A stretch of 63,843 nucleotides of DNA, counting the filler, from Perkinsus olseni (lineage: Eukaryota): NCBI GenBank assembly GCA_013115125.1. It is 3 parts of 3 records of this genome, joined end to end, with 100 filler letters (N's around TTAATTAATTAA, not from the genome) between each part and the next. Parts side by side here need not be neighbours in the genome. Positions count along the whole stretch, not along the records: positions 1 to 22,545 come from JABANN010000536.1; 2 more parts are not named here. One strand, written 5' to 3'. How positions within the stretch are numbered: position 1 is the first letter of the stretch; every line of letters starts with the position of its first letter. Shown here one piece after another: positions 1-12,546 of this stretch. A model generated the notes under the pieces. The model saw only the letters and a program-made list of their open reading frames with translations. It ran no database searches and was not told where the DNA came from. Made by a program: the position numbers and the translations under genes.

Positions 1-1741
1 CACGGTTGTGACGGTCACAGACAAGTAAGGAGCGCTCGCCCACCTCGATCTCCCTCAGGGGGTGATCGACACAACGCATCCTTTATTTCGCGGCGCGTGA
101 CGCTTGTACCGGATATACCAGCCATCGGTCCTGTGCTTCTACGAATGCGTTCATGATTGATTCTAGCACTGCTCCCAAGTCGGCCGACCACACTGAGAAA
201 GGCTCCGGTCGGTCTCGGAATCGATTCCCTCAACAGCTGCTCACAGCCGTTGGCCATCACCATTGGAGACTCATTTGTCGGGGTGCCTAGGCTAGTCTAC
301 TGTATGAGTGGTCGTCATTCACCACCACCACCCTGTAATGTTTATATCGCTGATCCTATCCTGCTCCGACGAGAAGCTACTCTGAAGCTTAGCTAATCAG
401 CGGATGATAAGAAACAGCAGATGAAAGATTGGGTTCCAAATGGCGAGACCCGGGCGTCAATGTGTTCTCAATCAGTCAGTCTCTTCACAACCCTGATGGT
501 TGGGAGGGCTGATGCTGGTCATGGTTCAGTACCACTCCTATACCAAATCCTGGCAGTACTTTCCGAGACTAGGACCCACCTTCACGTTAGTCAGATCGCA
601 TTACCGAGACCGCATTCTTATTGGAATCAGTTTTCCCCTCATTTTTTCCTGGCACAGTGATGTAGTTCTTTGTTGTTTCTATCAGCTACCATGGAGTGTC
701 CTCTTCTTAGTGTGTCAAGGAAGGTTTTTCTGCCAAATGACTCACGATCACATCACTTTCCCTCACATAATTTTGGAAAATAATTACAAAAATTTATGAT
801 GAGTACTAGTCCTGAGATCTGGTTGACCACCAACGTTAAAATCATCGGAGGACCTGCTGCGAAACCGAAATCGACTAATAAAGATTAAGTTACTCTTCTA
901 TCAGAAGAGCTACTGTTTGGTCATTGATCCCTTGGTTTTTGCGACAGTTCAATACCAATATACCGATGATCAGTATCGCCTGGATTCGCCCGGATATATT
1001 TCCATCCTCCACGTTCGGCATAATTTTCTTGGTGGCGTCTTTGGCATTCTCATCTATGTGAAAGCCTTCTAGGCCTTCTTCGTGAAACGTCCTTCAACAA
1101 GTCCTTGATGAGAGAACGCCGTTCGCTGGTCCATCAATGCTGGCCAGTGAGACCGAGGAGTGAATCCATGATTCGACTAAAATTAATGAGCATTAAAAGG
1201 GACAATTGGCATACGAAAGTTCGGGGTTGAGCTACTATTTTATGCTACATCACCAGCATTAACGTGTTATTAACTTTGTGTACTAGCGTAGGGTCGAGTA
1301 GCGAAGTGGGTCGAACTTGTCCTTGTTACGGGTGGTGTATGGTAACGCGTTCTCGAATATAGAACTATTAGATTTGAAAGTGCTCAGTACTCAATTGTTG
1401 TAACAATTCCTGTGAAATCAAGGTGAATCCCTTATACCAAAAATTTGATTCAGTTACAGTACCCTTGAACTTGTGCTAAGTTATGGACCTCGCTAAAGTT
1501 TACACCGATTTTTGTGAGGTCGTGTAGACTTCTTTCATATTACATCCTCTACGCCGAAACTCAATTTAGTTTTTGTGAACTAAACTCACAGTACGGCTCT
1601 GCTTTAACAGCAATAGTGATTTTGGTCTTTGGTGACAGAAAAATGAGAAGCTCTCGGTTTTGAGAAAGTGACAGCGTCATCGCGTGGCGAAGAGGTACTA
1701 GAGTTTTTGTGCTTTCGGCTTCCCTTTCGGCTCCGTTAATC

Positions 1742-4229
1742 ATGTCCACGGCTGATGCGACCGAGAAGCCCCCGCAAGCAGAGGATAATCAGCAGGCTGG
1801 AGTTGAGTCGGAAGTGTCGTCGGAGGGTGAAGATATTATCAGGAAGAGCACTAGAAGGAGTAAACCGGTGGAGCACTTCGCTCCGCCACAGAAAAGAAAA
1901 GTTGATGTGAAGAAGAAAGTTCAGGCTGGCGAGGGGAAGGGAATTAAGCTGGGAGATATTGAAGTGGTGAGTGCAGGGTGCCGGGATCGATCCGTGGACC
2001 TTTCGGATGACGGGTGTGGCAGGTTTCGAAGGGGATTAGTAAGGCGGCGGTGGATGGCGAGGGCCTTAAGAGGCTACACGTTTGTTTGTTCAACTCAATT
2101 GGTAAGGAATCCACCAGGAAGAGAGATGTGAGTATCTTCTGCTCGACCTTGCAAGATACAAAACAGGTTGGAATCATGCCTTTCCTCAGATCCGGGCTTG
2201 GAACGGCTCTCAGAGCCCCGAGGATCGTGAAAGAATGGAGAAGACTCTAACAGCCACTAAAAAGCAAGAGGTGAGCGAATCCCAAGTTCACGCACTTTTC
2301 ACGCCCTGACCTCAGAGCCTCCGCGAGATCGCTCGCACTCTGGGATTGCCGGCTTCGCAGAGCCGGACGGCCTTGGAAGAGGTACGATTAGGGTTCCTAT
2401 TTGTCGGGAAATTTTCGAAGATTTTCCGGGAATTTCGAATATTTTCCAGAAATTTTCGAATATTTTCCGGAAATTTTAGATTCCGCACGTGTAAAAATGT
2501 GGTGGATAACATCACCTTATAGCGGAGCGAGCTTTTTCCGAGACACAGATCGTCAAAGCTTGCGACGTCTGCTCAACCACGTGGCATTCGGCAGCCTTGC
2601 CCTCGGCTGATGATTGAGAAGTGCGGTATTGGTTTCGAGCTATAATTCTTCCGTAGTTGGTGAGGGCACGAAACTGTCTAACCGGAATGGATGGACTTCC
2701 GAGGTTATGGAGGTTGCTTCGCCAAGAATGATAGTCCAAGTTGGAAATTGTCGTCAACATTACTCTGGGGGTCGCTACACTATACCGTACTTCGGCGGGA
2801 GGTTATTATCATTTTCTGCTTCAGTCGATTCTCCGGTTCTTGGACGTGCCCAAAGATGAGGGCCTGAAGAAGGTACGTTTGCCCTGGTTTGCATTTGCGT
2901 CGCTTGGACTTCGCTTGATGAGGGGAACTGAATCAGCTAGCTGACGGCGAGGTTCGAGGAGCGTCGTTGTGGCGTGTGGCGGAATTTTGAAATCCGCCAG
3001 GTCGTAGTCGGGAAGATACCAAAATTCATGGATGAAAAGCGAGAGGCTCTCTCGAATGTTTTTTGCGCTAGGTGGAGGGGGAGATGTTCTTTCCCTCCAG
3101 AGACGTGCACCAGTATGAAATCGGGGGAAAATCATCTTTGTCAACCACGACCGATGTCTTGATCGAGTAGCAGTAAAAATTGGAGAAGCGATGACACTAC
3201 TCTTGTCTGATTTTGCCTCTCTTCATTCAAGAATGGTGGCGTTTTGAAGACGATTGGTTCCTGGTTTGTCGGGTTTCTCTCCCACGACGATCAGCTTTCG
3301 GACGTGACGGACTTGTATCCCCGTCGTTGTTCATTTCTTATCGATCATATTTAGGAGTGACGGTCGTTGTGTTTCAGCCGAAGACGAAGAGGAGGGCCTC
3401 GGCCACTGGAAGGGCGCCCTCGAGAGGGGCGAAGGGGCGAGGGACCGGTCGACAGGGATCTGGGTTCTCCAATTTCCTAGCGCAGCGCACGAAGGAGCTG
3501 AAGGCCACAGAAGCGGGGAAGCTGCTGACTCCTAAGGAGGTCACTGAGATGCTTAGCGTTGAGTGGACGAGCATGTCCAGGTGGGTTCGCTTCGTTGTCG
3601 GTTTATTTGTTGGGGAATTTATGGTAGTGACGCGTGGGACATTCGAAAAGACTCCATGCTAATTAGGGCAGTTGGAAATTCTTCAACCTGCGGGCATATG
3701 ATTCAGTGAGGAGGGTCTCAGTGGTTTTTGAGGTGGCCCTGAGCGTGCCGGACCGCCTGGGTTCTGCATCCCGACAAGAGAAGTGAAGATTGAAGGGTTC
3801 GTGTCAGTTCGGCTGTCTCAAGCCTAGGGTGGATACCATTCCTTCCCGAACTCGTAGCTGCGGGCTTGGCGTTAGACCCGGATGAATTGGTTGATGATCG
3901 GGAGGAGGTATTCTTGTATGCCTCAGCGCTGAGAAGGCTGCTTTCGGTACTCCGCAGAAGGCAGCTGGTCTGAAACGTAAGAGATCCAGCACTGCGGGAG
4001 GGGCTGGTGCGAAGACCAAAAAGCCTAGGGAAGTGTCGGAGCCAACTAGCAAGGTAGGGGAGGGGTGTTGAGTAGAAGGGGTGGAGGGGGAACGAGTTAG
4101 TTCAGTGGCCTCCTCATTATTGCATCTGGCATCATAGTGGCTGCTGCTGCTGCTGCCTCCTCATTATTGCATCTGGCATCATAGTGGCTGCTGCTGCTGC
4201 CTCCTCATTTTTGCATCTGGCATCATAGT

Positions 4230-4272
<43 letters not shown>

Positions 4273-4656
4273 TCCTCATTATTGCATCTGGCATCATAGT
4301 GGCTGCTGCTGCTGCTGCTGCTGCTNNNNNNNNNNNNNNNNNNNNNNNNNNNNNNNNNNNNNNNNNNNNNNNNNNNNNNNNNNNNNNNNNNNNNNNNNNN
4401 NNNNNNNNNNNNNNNNNNNNNNNCGCTGCTGCTGCTGCTGCTGCTGCTGCTGCCTCCTCATTATTGCATGTGGCATCATAGTGGCTGCTGCTGCTGCTGC
4501 TGCTGCTGCTGCCTCCTCATTATTGCATGTGGCACAGTAGCCTAGTGGCCTAGTGGACCAGTGGCTTATTGAGAGTAAATTCAAATTGCCGTCGGTCAGG
4601 CTGAGGAATCCTCATCGGACGACTCCTCCTCTGACACCTCCTCCTCCTCCTCCTCG

Positions 4657-4718
<62 letters not shown>

Positions 4719-4953
4719 GAGTTCGAGCGCCAGCGGTTCGGAGGAGAACTCGGCTGAAGAGAGTCAGGAAGAGGCTCAAACGGACAAGGTAGGGTAATAG
4801 CGATTGTCGTTTGTCCTTCGGGAAGTTTATTGAGGTTGGCGAACAGCGTGAAAAAGTCTCGCGCTACCCGATGCCTCGTCATTAGCCCATCTAGCTTGAA
4901 GCTGCCGAGTCGGATATGATAGTGTTCAAATTATGTATGCTAAATCATTCTTG
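1742..4953 (+). CDS. DEK-like chromatin protein with HMG-box and Ser/acidic tail (multi-exon)
   Basis: Exons ~1742-1966, 2023-2127, 2190-2270, 2316-2381, 2825-2872, 3378-3580, 3927-4053 and 4600-4788 join in frame at GT..AG. They give GEGKGIKLGDIEVVSKGISK..LKRLHVCLFNSIGKESTRKRDIRAWNG (DEK central region), SLREIARTLGLPASQSRTALEESILRFL (SAP-like) and GFSNFLAQRTKELK..LTPKEVTEMLSVEWTSMSSAEKAAF (HMG-box). The last exon and stop are uncertain. Confidence 0.8.
2405..2478. repeat. Imperfect ~20-nt tandem/quasi-palindromic repeat (aattttcgaa/tattttccgg) in DEK intron
   Basis: The motif is repeated about 3.5 times. Confidence 0.6.
4104..4535. repeat. Intronic minisatellite (cctcctcattattgcatctggcatcatagtgg) with variable (GCT)n spacers, spanning an N-gap
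   Basis: At least 6 copies of the unit are visible. Confidence 0.9.
4638..4718 (+). repeat. (TCC)n/(TCA)n microsatellite encoding poly-Ser
   Basis: Lies within DEK exon 4600-4788 in the Ser frame. Confidence 0.85.
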
Positions 4954-5091
4954 AAAAAAGTCGGGAGTAATCTTGGTCCTGGGTAATTTTTGGTAGTTCT
5001 TTGTGGGCGGGTATTGTGATGATCATCATGAGCTGGTGGAATTCTCGAGAAACCTAAACAATTTCGGCATTTTCCGAGCAGTTGGCGCATC

Positions 5092-8000
5092 ATGGACGGG
5101 AGAATTCTGGTGTTTGACTGGGTCTGGAGAAAGCTAGGCGGCTAACGAGTGCCAGTGAAAACTGCCCTCTCTATAGTTGGGGAACCTCACTTGAAATTAT
5201 CAGTTTTCAATTATCGTGAAAAATCGTTTTTGGTTGGGGCCGGGTTGCGTGTCATGAGAATTGCCGTGGTGATGGAAGTGATGTCTGGGGATATTCGAAC
5301 GCCAAACAGCTGTATCTGCCTCATCGTCATCATCTGTCTCCACCGCAGAAACTGTGTCATCTCAGGGAGCTGCTTTTAGGCAAGATCCTCACCGTTTTTC
5401 GGATCTTTCAGGTAGACGAGACAAAGAACGATGTGAAAGCTGACGAAAAAGAGTCCGCCGAAAAGTGGGGAAAATTTTTAGTTTTTTTCTCGCAAAATTC
5501 ATCCGTTTTTCTGCCAGGCCGGATATTGATGAGAAAGACGGTGAGGACGATGTTGACCTGTATGAGGGTATGGATGAGAGTGGCGAGGCCCAGGCCTGAG
5601 GGGCAGGAGAAGGCCTCGTGTTTATTTTGTTTGGTATCCTAGAAGGCGTTTCAATAATCACCGCTCATGGAGGGCGGACTATTTGCATTTGAATATTACT
5701 TTAGAGTGGCTTGAGCTGAGTGCATGAATGCCGGCTGTGGGGTTCGAACCTGGGTTGGTCGGATGATGATAAATCGTAGGTTTAGTTCTCCTGTTAAGCT
5801 AACCGGTCGGGTCCTGATGTATCCTTGTGCGTATCATCGTGGAAAAAAACGGAAATATCCGAAAAAAACCTTTAGATATCATTTCCGCTCTGAAATTTTC
5901 GATAGCATTCTTGTTTGTAATGGTTGGTTCATACGACGACTACGTATACAAGCCCTCTGAGGACCCCTCCCGGAAGTGTCTCCGTCATCTCACCTCAGCC
6001 ATCTACGTTGCTCTTCTGTTGGCAATCGTTGGTGCTTGTCTGTGGAGCTGCTATCTGACATGGAGTGTCATTAATAATTCGGTTTACGTCGCCTTGTCTC
6101 CTGAAGAGGTAGGCTATTCATCATCAACGGGATTGAGGGTATTGACTTTGAGACAGGATGCTATGAGGGAATGGGAGTATCTTCGGGCTGGTCGACTTTC
6201 GCGAGTATCTTTTCCTCTTCGGATACTCAACATTTTATATCAATTAAGAAAAAATCAAATTTGAGCCTTTGGGAGGTAGCCTGAGCGACGACTCGTTACC
6301 CCACCGAGCTGCCTTCCTCACTACCATTAATGACGGAGTCACGAAAATCTTTTGAAAAGATTCTTTTCTGTGCGAGGGAGTATCTTGTGGTTCTTCTCTT
6401 TCAGCTTACCCGTGTTGCTCATTCCCAAGGTGTGAATCTCTTCATCCCCGTAAACCCTCTGGGAATAATGGAAATTGTTGTCATCTGCATGGCTGCTGTA
6501 TCATGCGCTGCTGGTTTCATTGGGATTGTTCAGCATCTCTCGTCTACCATTAGGTGAGTCGGTGGGGGGCTCAATTCTCAAGGCGTTGGACTTGGGATGG
6601 TATGAATATCTGTGGCGATTTCGCCGCGAATCGTCTGTCGTGTTTTTGAGTGTCAACAATGATGACACGGCCTGTCACAAAGAGTGTCTGCGGGATTCAA
6701 GATCAAGATGCCTCTCCCGTCAATATGAACGGCCATACGAAAATTTGCTGGAAATTCTCGAAAATTTCCGGTCGTTAGGTTGATGAGGATTTTTCAAGCC
6801 GTCCTAGCATCCGTTACCTTCTGCGCTTTTCCAGCTCAGAGTATCTTTCGGAGTGCGAGATTTTACAAAGATACGGTCCATGCTCGGCTGTGTTTTCTCA
6901 GGAATACTAATCCGTACAAGTGTATTCTTCCTGGACTTTACCTCCTTTTCCTTGTTTTCCTCGTGGTTGCTGGTGTATTCGTTGCGGGAGCGTGCTTTGG
7001 TATATCGGAACTAAGCAGGCTTGCGGACGAAGAGATCGAACATCAGGTGGGCTCCGCTCCATTTTCATGTGATCGGTTGTGAGCTTTTGGTAGCGTGCAG
7101 AACGCTTGGGAATTCAGGAAGCTTTGCTTTGTAGCTTCAAGAGAGTATGACTGCCACCTGAGGATGAAAATTTGGTATTTTCTCTGGAATGCAGCGAGGT
7201 TCTTCGATTAAGGTGCTTCCGTTCTCACCGAGAGAGTCGTGTCTTTTCAGATAGAGAGGGCAAGCGTCGAAACCAAGGGTATCATTTCCACAGACGTTAC
7301 GACCGATATCAATAAGTCAGTCTCTCGAGCAGTGGCGCTCGAAATTCAGTTTTCCGTCTCTCAGATTTATTACCCCGCTGATGGCGTTCTATGATGCTTA
7401 TGAGTGCCGAACTTCGGCTCGTGTGACGTGCTCGTCTTATACAGTTGGAAAGATATCCTGCTCCGCCAGAGCCAGTAAGATTTTTCTATGCTCTTCGTCA
7501 TGACCCGCGACTGGTTTGCAGATCCTACCATAATATCAGCAGCAAATGAAGTTTGTTCAGCGCCTCCCCGACTAGACCGAGATTATACTCCTAGCGTGGA
7601 TCACTGTTCTCAATGCTTCCATCAGCACGGCAACACGCAAGCCGCTCAGGTAGGGCGAAGGCGTGATACTGGTCTATGAGGTTCGGTTTTATGGCAATCG
7701 TAGAATACACAAACGGGACAACTGATTAACACCACTCAATTGATAGCTCGCCGGTGCGGTGACTCGGTTATCGTCCCGTGGCGGTGCAACTGATTGAAGA
7801 CGCGGACTGTGCAGGCCCTGGTGCGTGGTAAACCATTCGGTTAAAAAACGCATGAGCAAGCCGACGAACTAACCGCATTTGTATAACTCCATCCACTCCG
7901 TTTGCAACCATGTTGGGGTTCTGAAGCGTTTGGATCGGATGTTGGATATAGATCGCCCGGGCAAGGCTTCTGCTCTCCCGAATCGCTCATCGTGCTTGAC

Positions 8001-8450
8001 GATGTGAAAGACTTTTCAGCTAGGCGAATTCGAAGAAGTGGTTCTCGCCGAGGGGCGAGAGTATGGTTACGAAACTCCGCGCGGATAAGCCCAGCATCAT
8101 GAAAATTCCAATTCCGAGATTTTATTCCCTTCGTGAGTCTGAGCGATCGTGTGCACAGGTTCTATGTTTATGCAGCTCGCTTCTTAAGACGTGGGTTGAT
8201 GCTGTCAGCCCAGAGGCAAGAGATGTCTGGATCAAGGCAGCTTTCGTTAACGCCGTCATAGCGGCTGTATGCGCCCTCCTACTTGTAGTTTGGATCATTA
8301 GACGTGTAAGTCTCGGACCGATGCTGATGGGTGTCGCGGAATAGTACACTAGCAGCTCTCGATATTTGGAAGGATATCGGCAGTAGGAGCTTCTGGTTCT
8401 TCAGCTTCTGAGAGGGTTCAGTTTTTCGTCATTGTGAATAATTCGCGCGT
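5092..8450 (+). CDS. Multi-pass membrane protein A with Cys-rich extracellular loop (tetraspanin-like topology), multi-exon
   Basis: Hydrophobic exons IYVALLLAIVGACLWSCYLTW, IVVICMAAVSCAAGFIGIV and LYLLFLVFLVVAGVFVAGACFG, then a Cys-rich segment YECRTSARVTCSSYTVGKISC and a final TM AFVNAVIAAVCALLLVVWII. Ends are approximate. Confidence 0.55.
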
Positions 8451-8777
8451 CGTTAATCGTTCATCAACTCGTGAGCCTCGGGGTAGTTGTCACGAGTATC
8501 TCTGAGTACTGACGGTTCTAAGCTCGAAATCGTCCAGGTCCTGTATCTGTGAGTCGCCCTGGAAACTAACTCAGTAGCCTTTCGAACCCGATCAAGGGCG
8601 TCTCTCTCCTCGAGCATGTATCCTCTGTGTGGTCAGATATCCTGTCCATCAACCTTACAGAAGTCCTGATCGTTCATGATCAGCCGAATCCCTCCTGATG
8701 CAGAGAGGTTCGATCAACCCTCAATTTACTCAACTGTGTTCTGCTGCTGCATCCCGTCTCAGTCTCACCCCTTCCCT

Positions 8778-11700
8778 ATGGCGTTATCAATCAAAACGTC
8801 TCTCTCATCGCATTCATGGGCATGGGCGCTGAGAATAGCATTCATTGGCATGGGATACATTGGGGTAATGGGCATGGGTAGCATTCGTGGGCACTCATAG
8901 CATTCTAACGATGGCTATTCAGCTATCATTAGAATAACCTCACGGGCAGTCTCTTCTCGCGGTAGAGGGCGATGGGGATTTCTTTGTCGCTGTTCATCAT
9001 CCAGATCCGAAGATGGTATTTTTGGATCTGCACTCCGATATTTGAAATACTCTTCCGAATGGTCTTAGAATGTCCTGTTTTTCTAGCCGTTAGCTCCAGC
9101 TGGTGCGAGTTGCGAGAGTCTCGCAGCGAGACGACGCGTAAAGGGTACTTTTCAGTATCCTGACTGGATGTAACTCCAAAATTTCAGGCCACAACTCTCA
9201 ATGGCTGCCAAGATCTCGGACGGTCTCTCGGGAAAATGTGCCACATGATCTTGGAATGCACGGCTTGAAATGCTTCATAAAAAATTTTATTTCCAAAAAT
9301 ACATATCTGAGGAAACGGACAGTGTTTTCTTCTGCGGCGACTCCCGTTTTTCCCTCTTTTTTTTGCTTTCGGCCAGGTGTGATCATCCGATCAGCACCAG
9401 GGCTGTAGTCCAGCCGACCACAGGTCGCATTGACCGTTGTGGTCACCGACGATTAGTCCGGCTTTTGCCAACCCTGTCGTAGGACAGTGTTGCCCGGGCC
9501 ACCTGCCTTGCGGCGGAGGTATTGGACTACGGGCCCGCTTGTCGCACCGAGGTGCTCCCACCAAGATTCGAACCTGGGGGAGCGCGTGTTAACCACTCAT
9601 TCCCCCCATTACGCCATTTTGGTGGTGTTTTCCCTCCTGACAGTCGACTCGCCGGGTTCACTAAGTGCGTTTATTACTATCAATGGCCGTCGAGCTGATA
9701 GCTAAGAGCTCTCGCGGGTCGATAAGCTGCTCTATATGGTCATTCCTCTATGTCGTTTTTCTTGTGCTCTTTGCTGCATTCGCCATTTACTCGGCAGTTT
9801 ACACGAGCGTACATGCGCAGGAGTCAATTGTGACTCATGTGAGCCCCCAGCAAGTAGTGCATGCTTCGACCTAAGATACGGATTAAAGATATCTTTCTCA
9901 GCTGATGGACTTGGCAGAGAGCCTCGGCGTTGCGATATTTCTGCCGATTAACCCGGTGCGAGCGTCATGGGTGCTCGCCATCGTTCTTGGCGTCTTGGTG
10001 CCTTTTGCTGCTATCTTTGGTATCACTTACCATTGCAGCTCAACCGCCAGGTAAGGGATGGTAGATATCCTACATGCTGGGAAGATACGAATTAGGTTGG
10101 AAGTGTACATTTCATATAGTAAAGATACGCTGTAGATTGAAATGTGTATACATTGCGTGATGATTATTCATCAGACGAATTGTGTATATCTTTGAGTACC
10201 TGCCAGAAGCGGGTCTCGGCCGCATCCGGGGGTCATGGGTGTTTCACCATACTCCAACTCATACTCGCATGCTGGCAATTTATGAGTAGGAAAGATATCT
10301 CGCCAGTACGGATGTAATGAGTCTAGCATGATAATCTCCTCGTTCGCTTCTTCCCCTGCCCATGAGTGGCATCTCAGAAAACGCAAACCATGGAAGTACC
10401 TCGTCGGCGGCTCGTTCTGGGGGCTCTTGTTGTTGACCTTCGTCGGTGCTCTCCTGGTTGGCGGCACTGGAATCGGTATGTCGGTCATTGGCAAGCTGAG
10501 CATGAATGAGTTACAGAGAGAGGCGAGTGGGGTACGACTGTCAAGTCTAAGATTCTCGCGGGATGCGGGTCTCGTAGCGATCGCGTTTCTTTCTATGACT
10601 TTGCACGGCGACTGTTTAAATCGTAATTTTAATTTCACCATTTCTAGTTGGAGAACGCTCAAAGGTTAGTAGTGACTCAAACGAGATTGTGGAAGATTTG
10701 CAAGTCTTGCAATGCAAGATTTTCTCAGGTCAATAAGTATCCAGAGCTTGCCCTTGGACTCATCACGTTGAAGTTAATTCGAGATTACTCAATCACCATT
10801 CCGTAAGCGCGAGATCATAATCAACTTCGTAGCGCGCGACATTTCCTTCTCTCCTTCCTGAGCATGACTTGTGCGTCGCTCCGCCTTTTTCAGAGTTGGG
10901 GAACTCGAGAAGGCCGTGGAGAGATACACTGACGCCCGGTGTACAGCCTTCCCAGTCGGCGTCACCTGTTCGAGACCCCTCATCAACGAAATACGATGCA
11001 GTGGTGTCGATGGTAAGGCTGATCGCGATCGAAGGGCGGCGGGGTGCACGCTAGTATCCCCCAGCTGCTCGGTATGGTCAAGCGCAGTTTGTTCATGAGG
11101 CTCCTCCGGGGGCCACGGGGAGCAGAACTTGTGCTGCAGAACAGACTGAAAATCCTACTTCGCGCGCGCCACAAAATTGGTGTTTCCGCTGTTATTTCAG
11201 CTGGCGATTTCTCGGACATCATAACAGCGGTCTGTTCCACAGTACCCTCAGTTGAGGGCTTCGCACCACAACGACGTCACTGTGCGGCCTGTCTCGAGCT
11301 GGTCGGAGTTTCTGCGGCTTCTAACGTGAGTACCGGGAGGTATCAGTTGTCATAGCCCTAAGACTATGCTCAGCGGACTGCGGCTTCCAAATTGGAAGTT
11401 TTGATCCATTGGTTTGTACAGTTTGACAAACTGAGCTTTTTACTCGTTCTGAAGGAAACTAGGAGGTTGCAAATTGTGGATAAAATATTCCTTCTATAAT
11501 ACAACTGATGATGAGGAATGCTCAGGAAACCTTATCGTGCCGGCTTCCCGCCGAATCAGAAATCATTAATGTCCAACCTTGGAATAGAGGGTGTGGATTT
11601 CTAAACTACGGATCACGCCTCGCTTCGCTCCGCTTGATCTCGCCGACTCACTTCAGTCGGCTTTGAACTCACAGCCCTATCTCTCAGGTTCTTTGTTCTT

Positions 11701-11931
11701 GTACTTCTCAGCTGCGAGTGTGGCTGCAGGCTATTTCCGAGGAGGACCAGCGGCAATGGATGATAATAGGCGTTCAGAATGCTATGATCTCAGGGGTCGC
11801 GTTGATAACCCTAATTTGGTGGACGATCTGGCAAGTGAGTTCACTCGTTAGTTGAGCGAGAAACTTGTGTATTTTCGGTTTTATTAGATATGGCATCGCC
11901 GAGACCATCAAGAAGGTGGATGGCATCGTAA
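8778..11931 (+). CDS. Multi-pass membrane protein B, paralogue of A, multi-exon
   Basis: Collinear exons match gene A: LYVVFLVLFAAFAIYSAVYTSVHAQESIVTHVSPQQ vs ..NNSVYVALSPEE; FLPINP vs FIPVNP; LRKRKPWKYLVGG vs LRNTNPYKCILPG; ARCTAFPVGVTCSRPLINEIRC. Confidence 0.55.
9553..9620 (-). pseudogene. Degenerate tRNA-derived sequence (Asn-like) within membrane gene B
   Basis: Minus strand has an A-box-like TGGCGTAATGG, a GTT loop, B-box CAGGTTCGAATCTTG and 3' TGGGAGCA. The acceptor stem does not pair. Confidence 0.35.
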
Positions 11932-12546
11932 ACTGAGCAGCACCGCCTGACTTTATATATGATACAGCATCATACGTTTAATTTGATTTGTTTTTCAATC
12001 TGTACTGATTTAGTCCTAGTTTCACCCATTCGTGTCGGCTTTTTGTTAGGCTAGTGTCACAAAGAATGTCCCCAACTGAGCTCATCGGCAAGAGTCTCAC
12101 AAAGCCGGAACCGTTAGCGTTGAACTATAAGCTCACACACGCAAAACGCCGTTGACATTAAATTGTCACCATCTTGAACTATTGAGGTGTGAATATTATA
12201 TTTATGAATAATAATGAACCTGAAGTAAATGTAATATTAGCAGCAATTAGTAACATGACTATTAAATAAATCTATTGTGCTTGGGTGAATCTTGATCAAG
12301 TTTCTCTGAGTGAGTTTCCTGAGCGAGGCGAAGCCTGTATATTCTGGGTATAACATGCGGAAGCCTTCACAGTGTGACTTCGGGAGCAGCCCTTACCAAG
12401 TCGTGGTTCATTTGCGCATGCGGGCGACACCCGGATGAAACGAATATGATAGATCTTCTAACGCAAGGGGAAAATCGTTGCTTCAATGCAGCACATGAAC
12501 ATAACATCATCGTAACAACATAATCATCATGAGCCGTCCAAGAGTG

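Noticed and set aside
1-1200. Coding-like minus-strand sequence at window start
   Set aside because: Stops in all frames and no recognisable motif; may be a decayed gene but cannot be supported.
4104-4535. Repeat-spacer pattern resembling CRISPR
   Set aside because: Spacers are only (GCT)n of variable length, in a eukaryotic intron with no cas genes.
4550-4882. Poly-His and poly-Met ORFs
   Set aside because: Alternative frames of the poly-Ser microsatellite exon.
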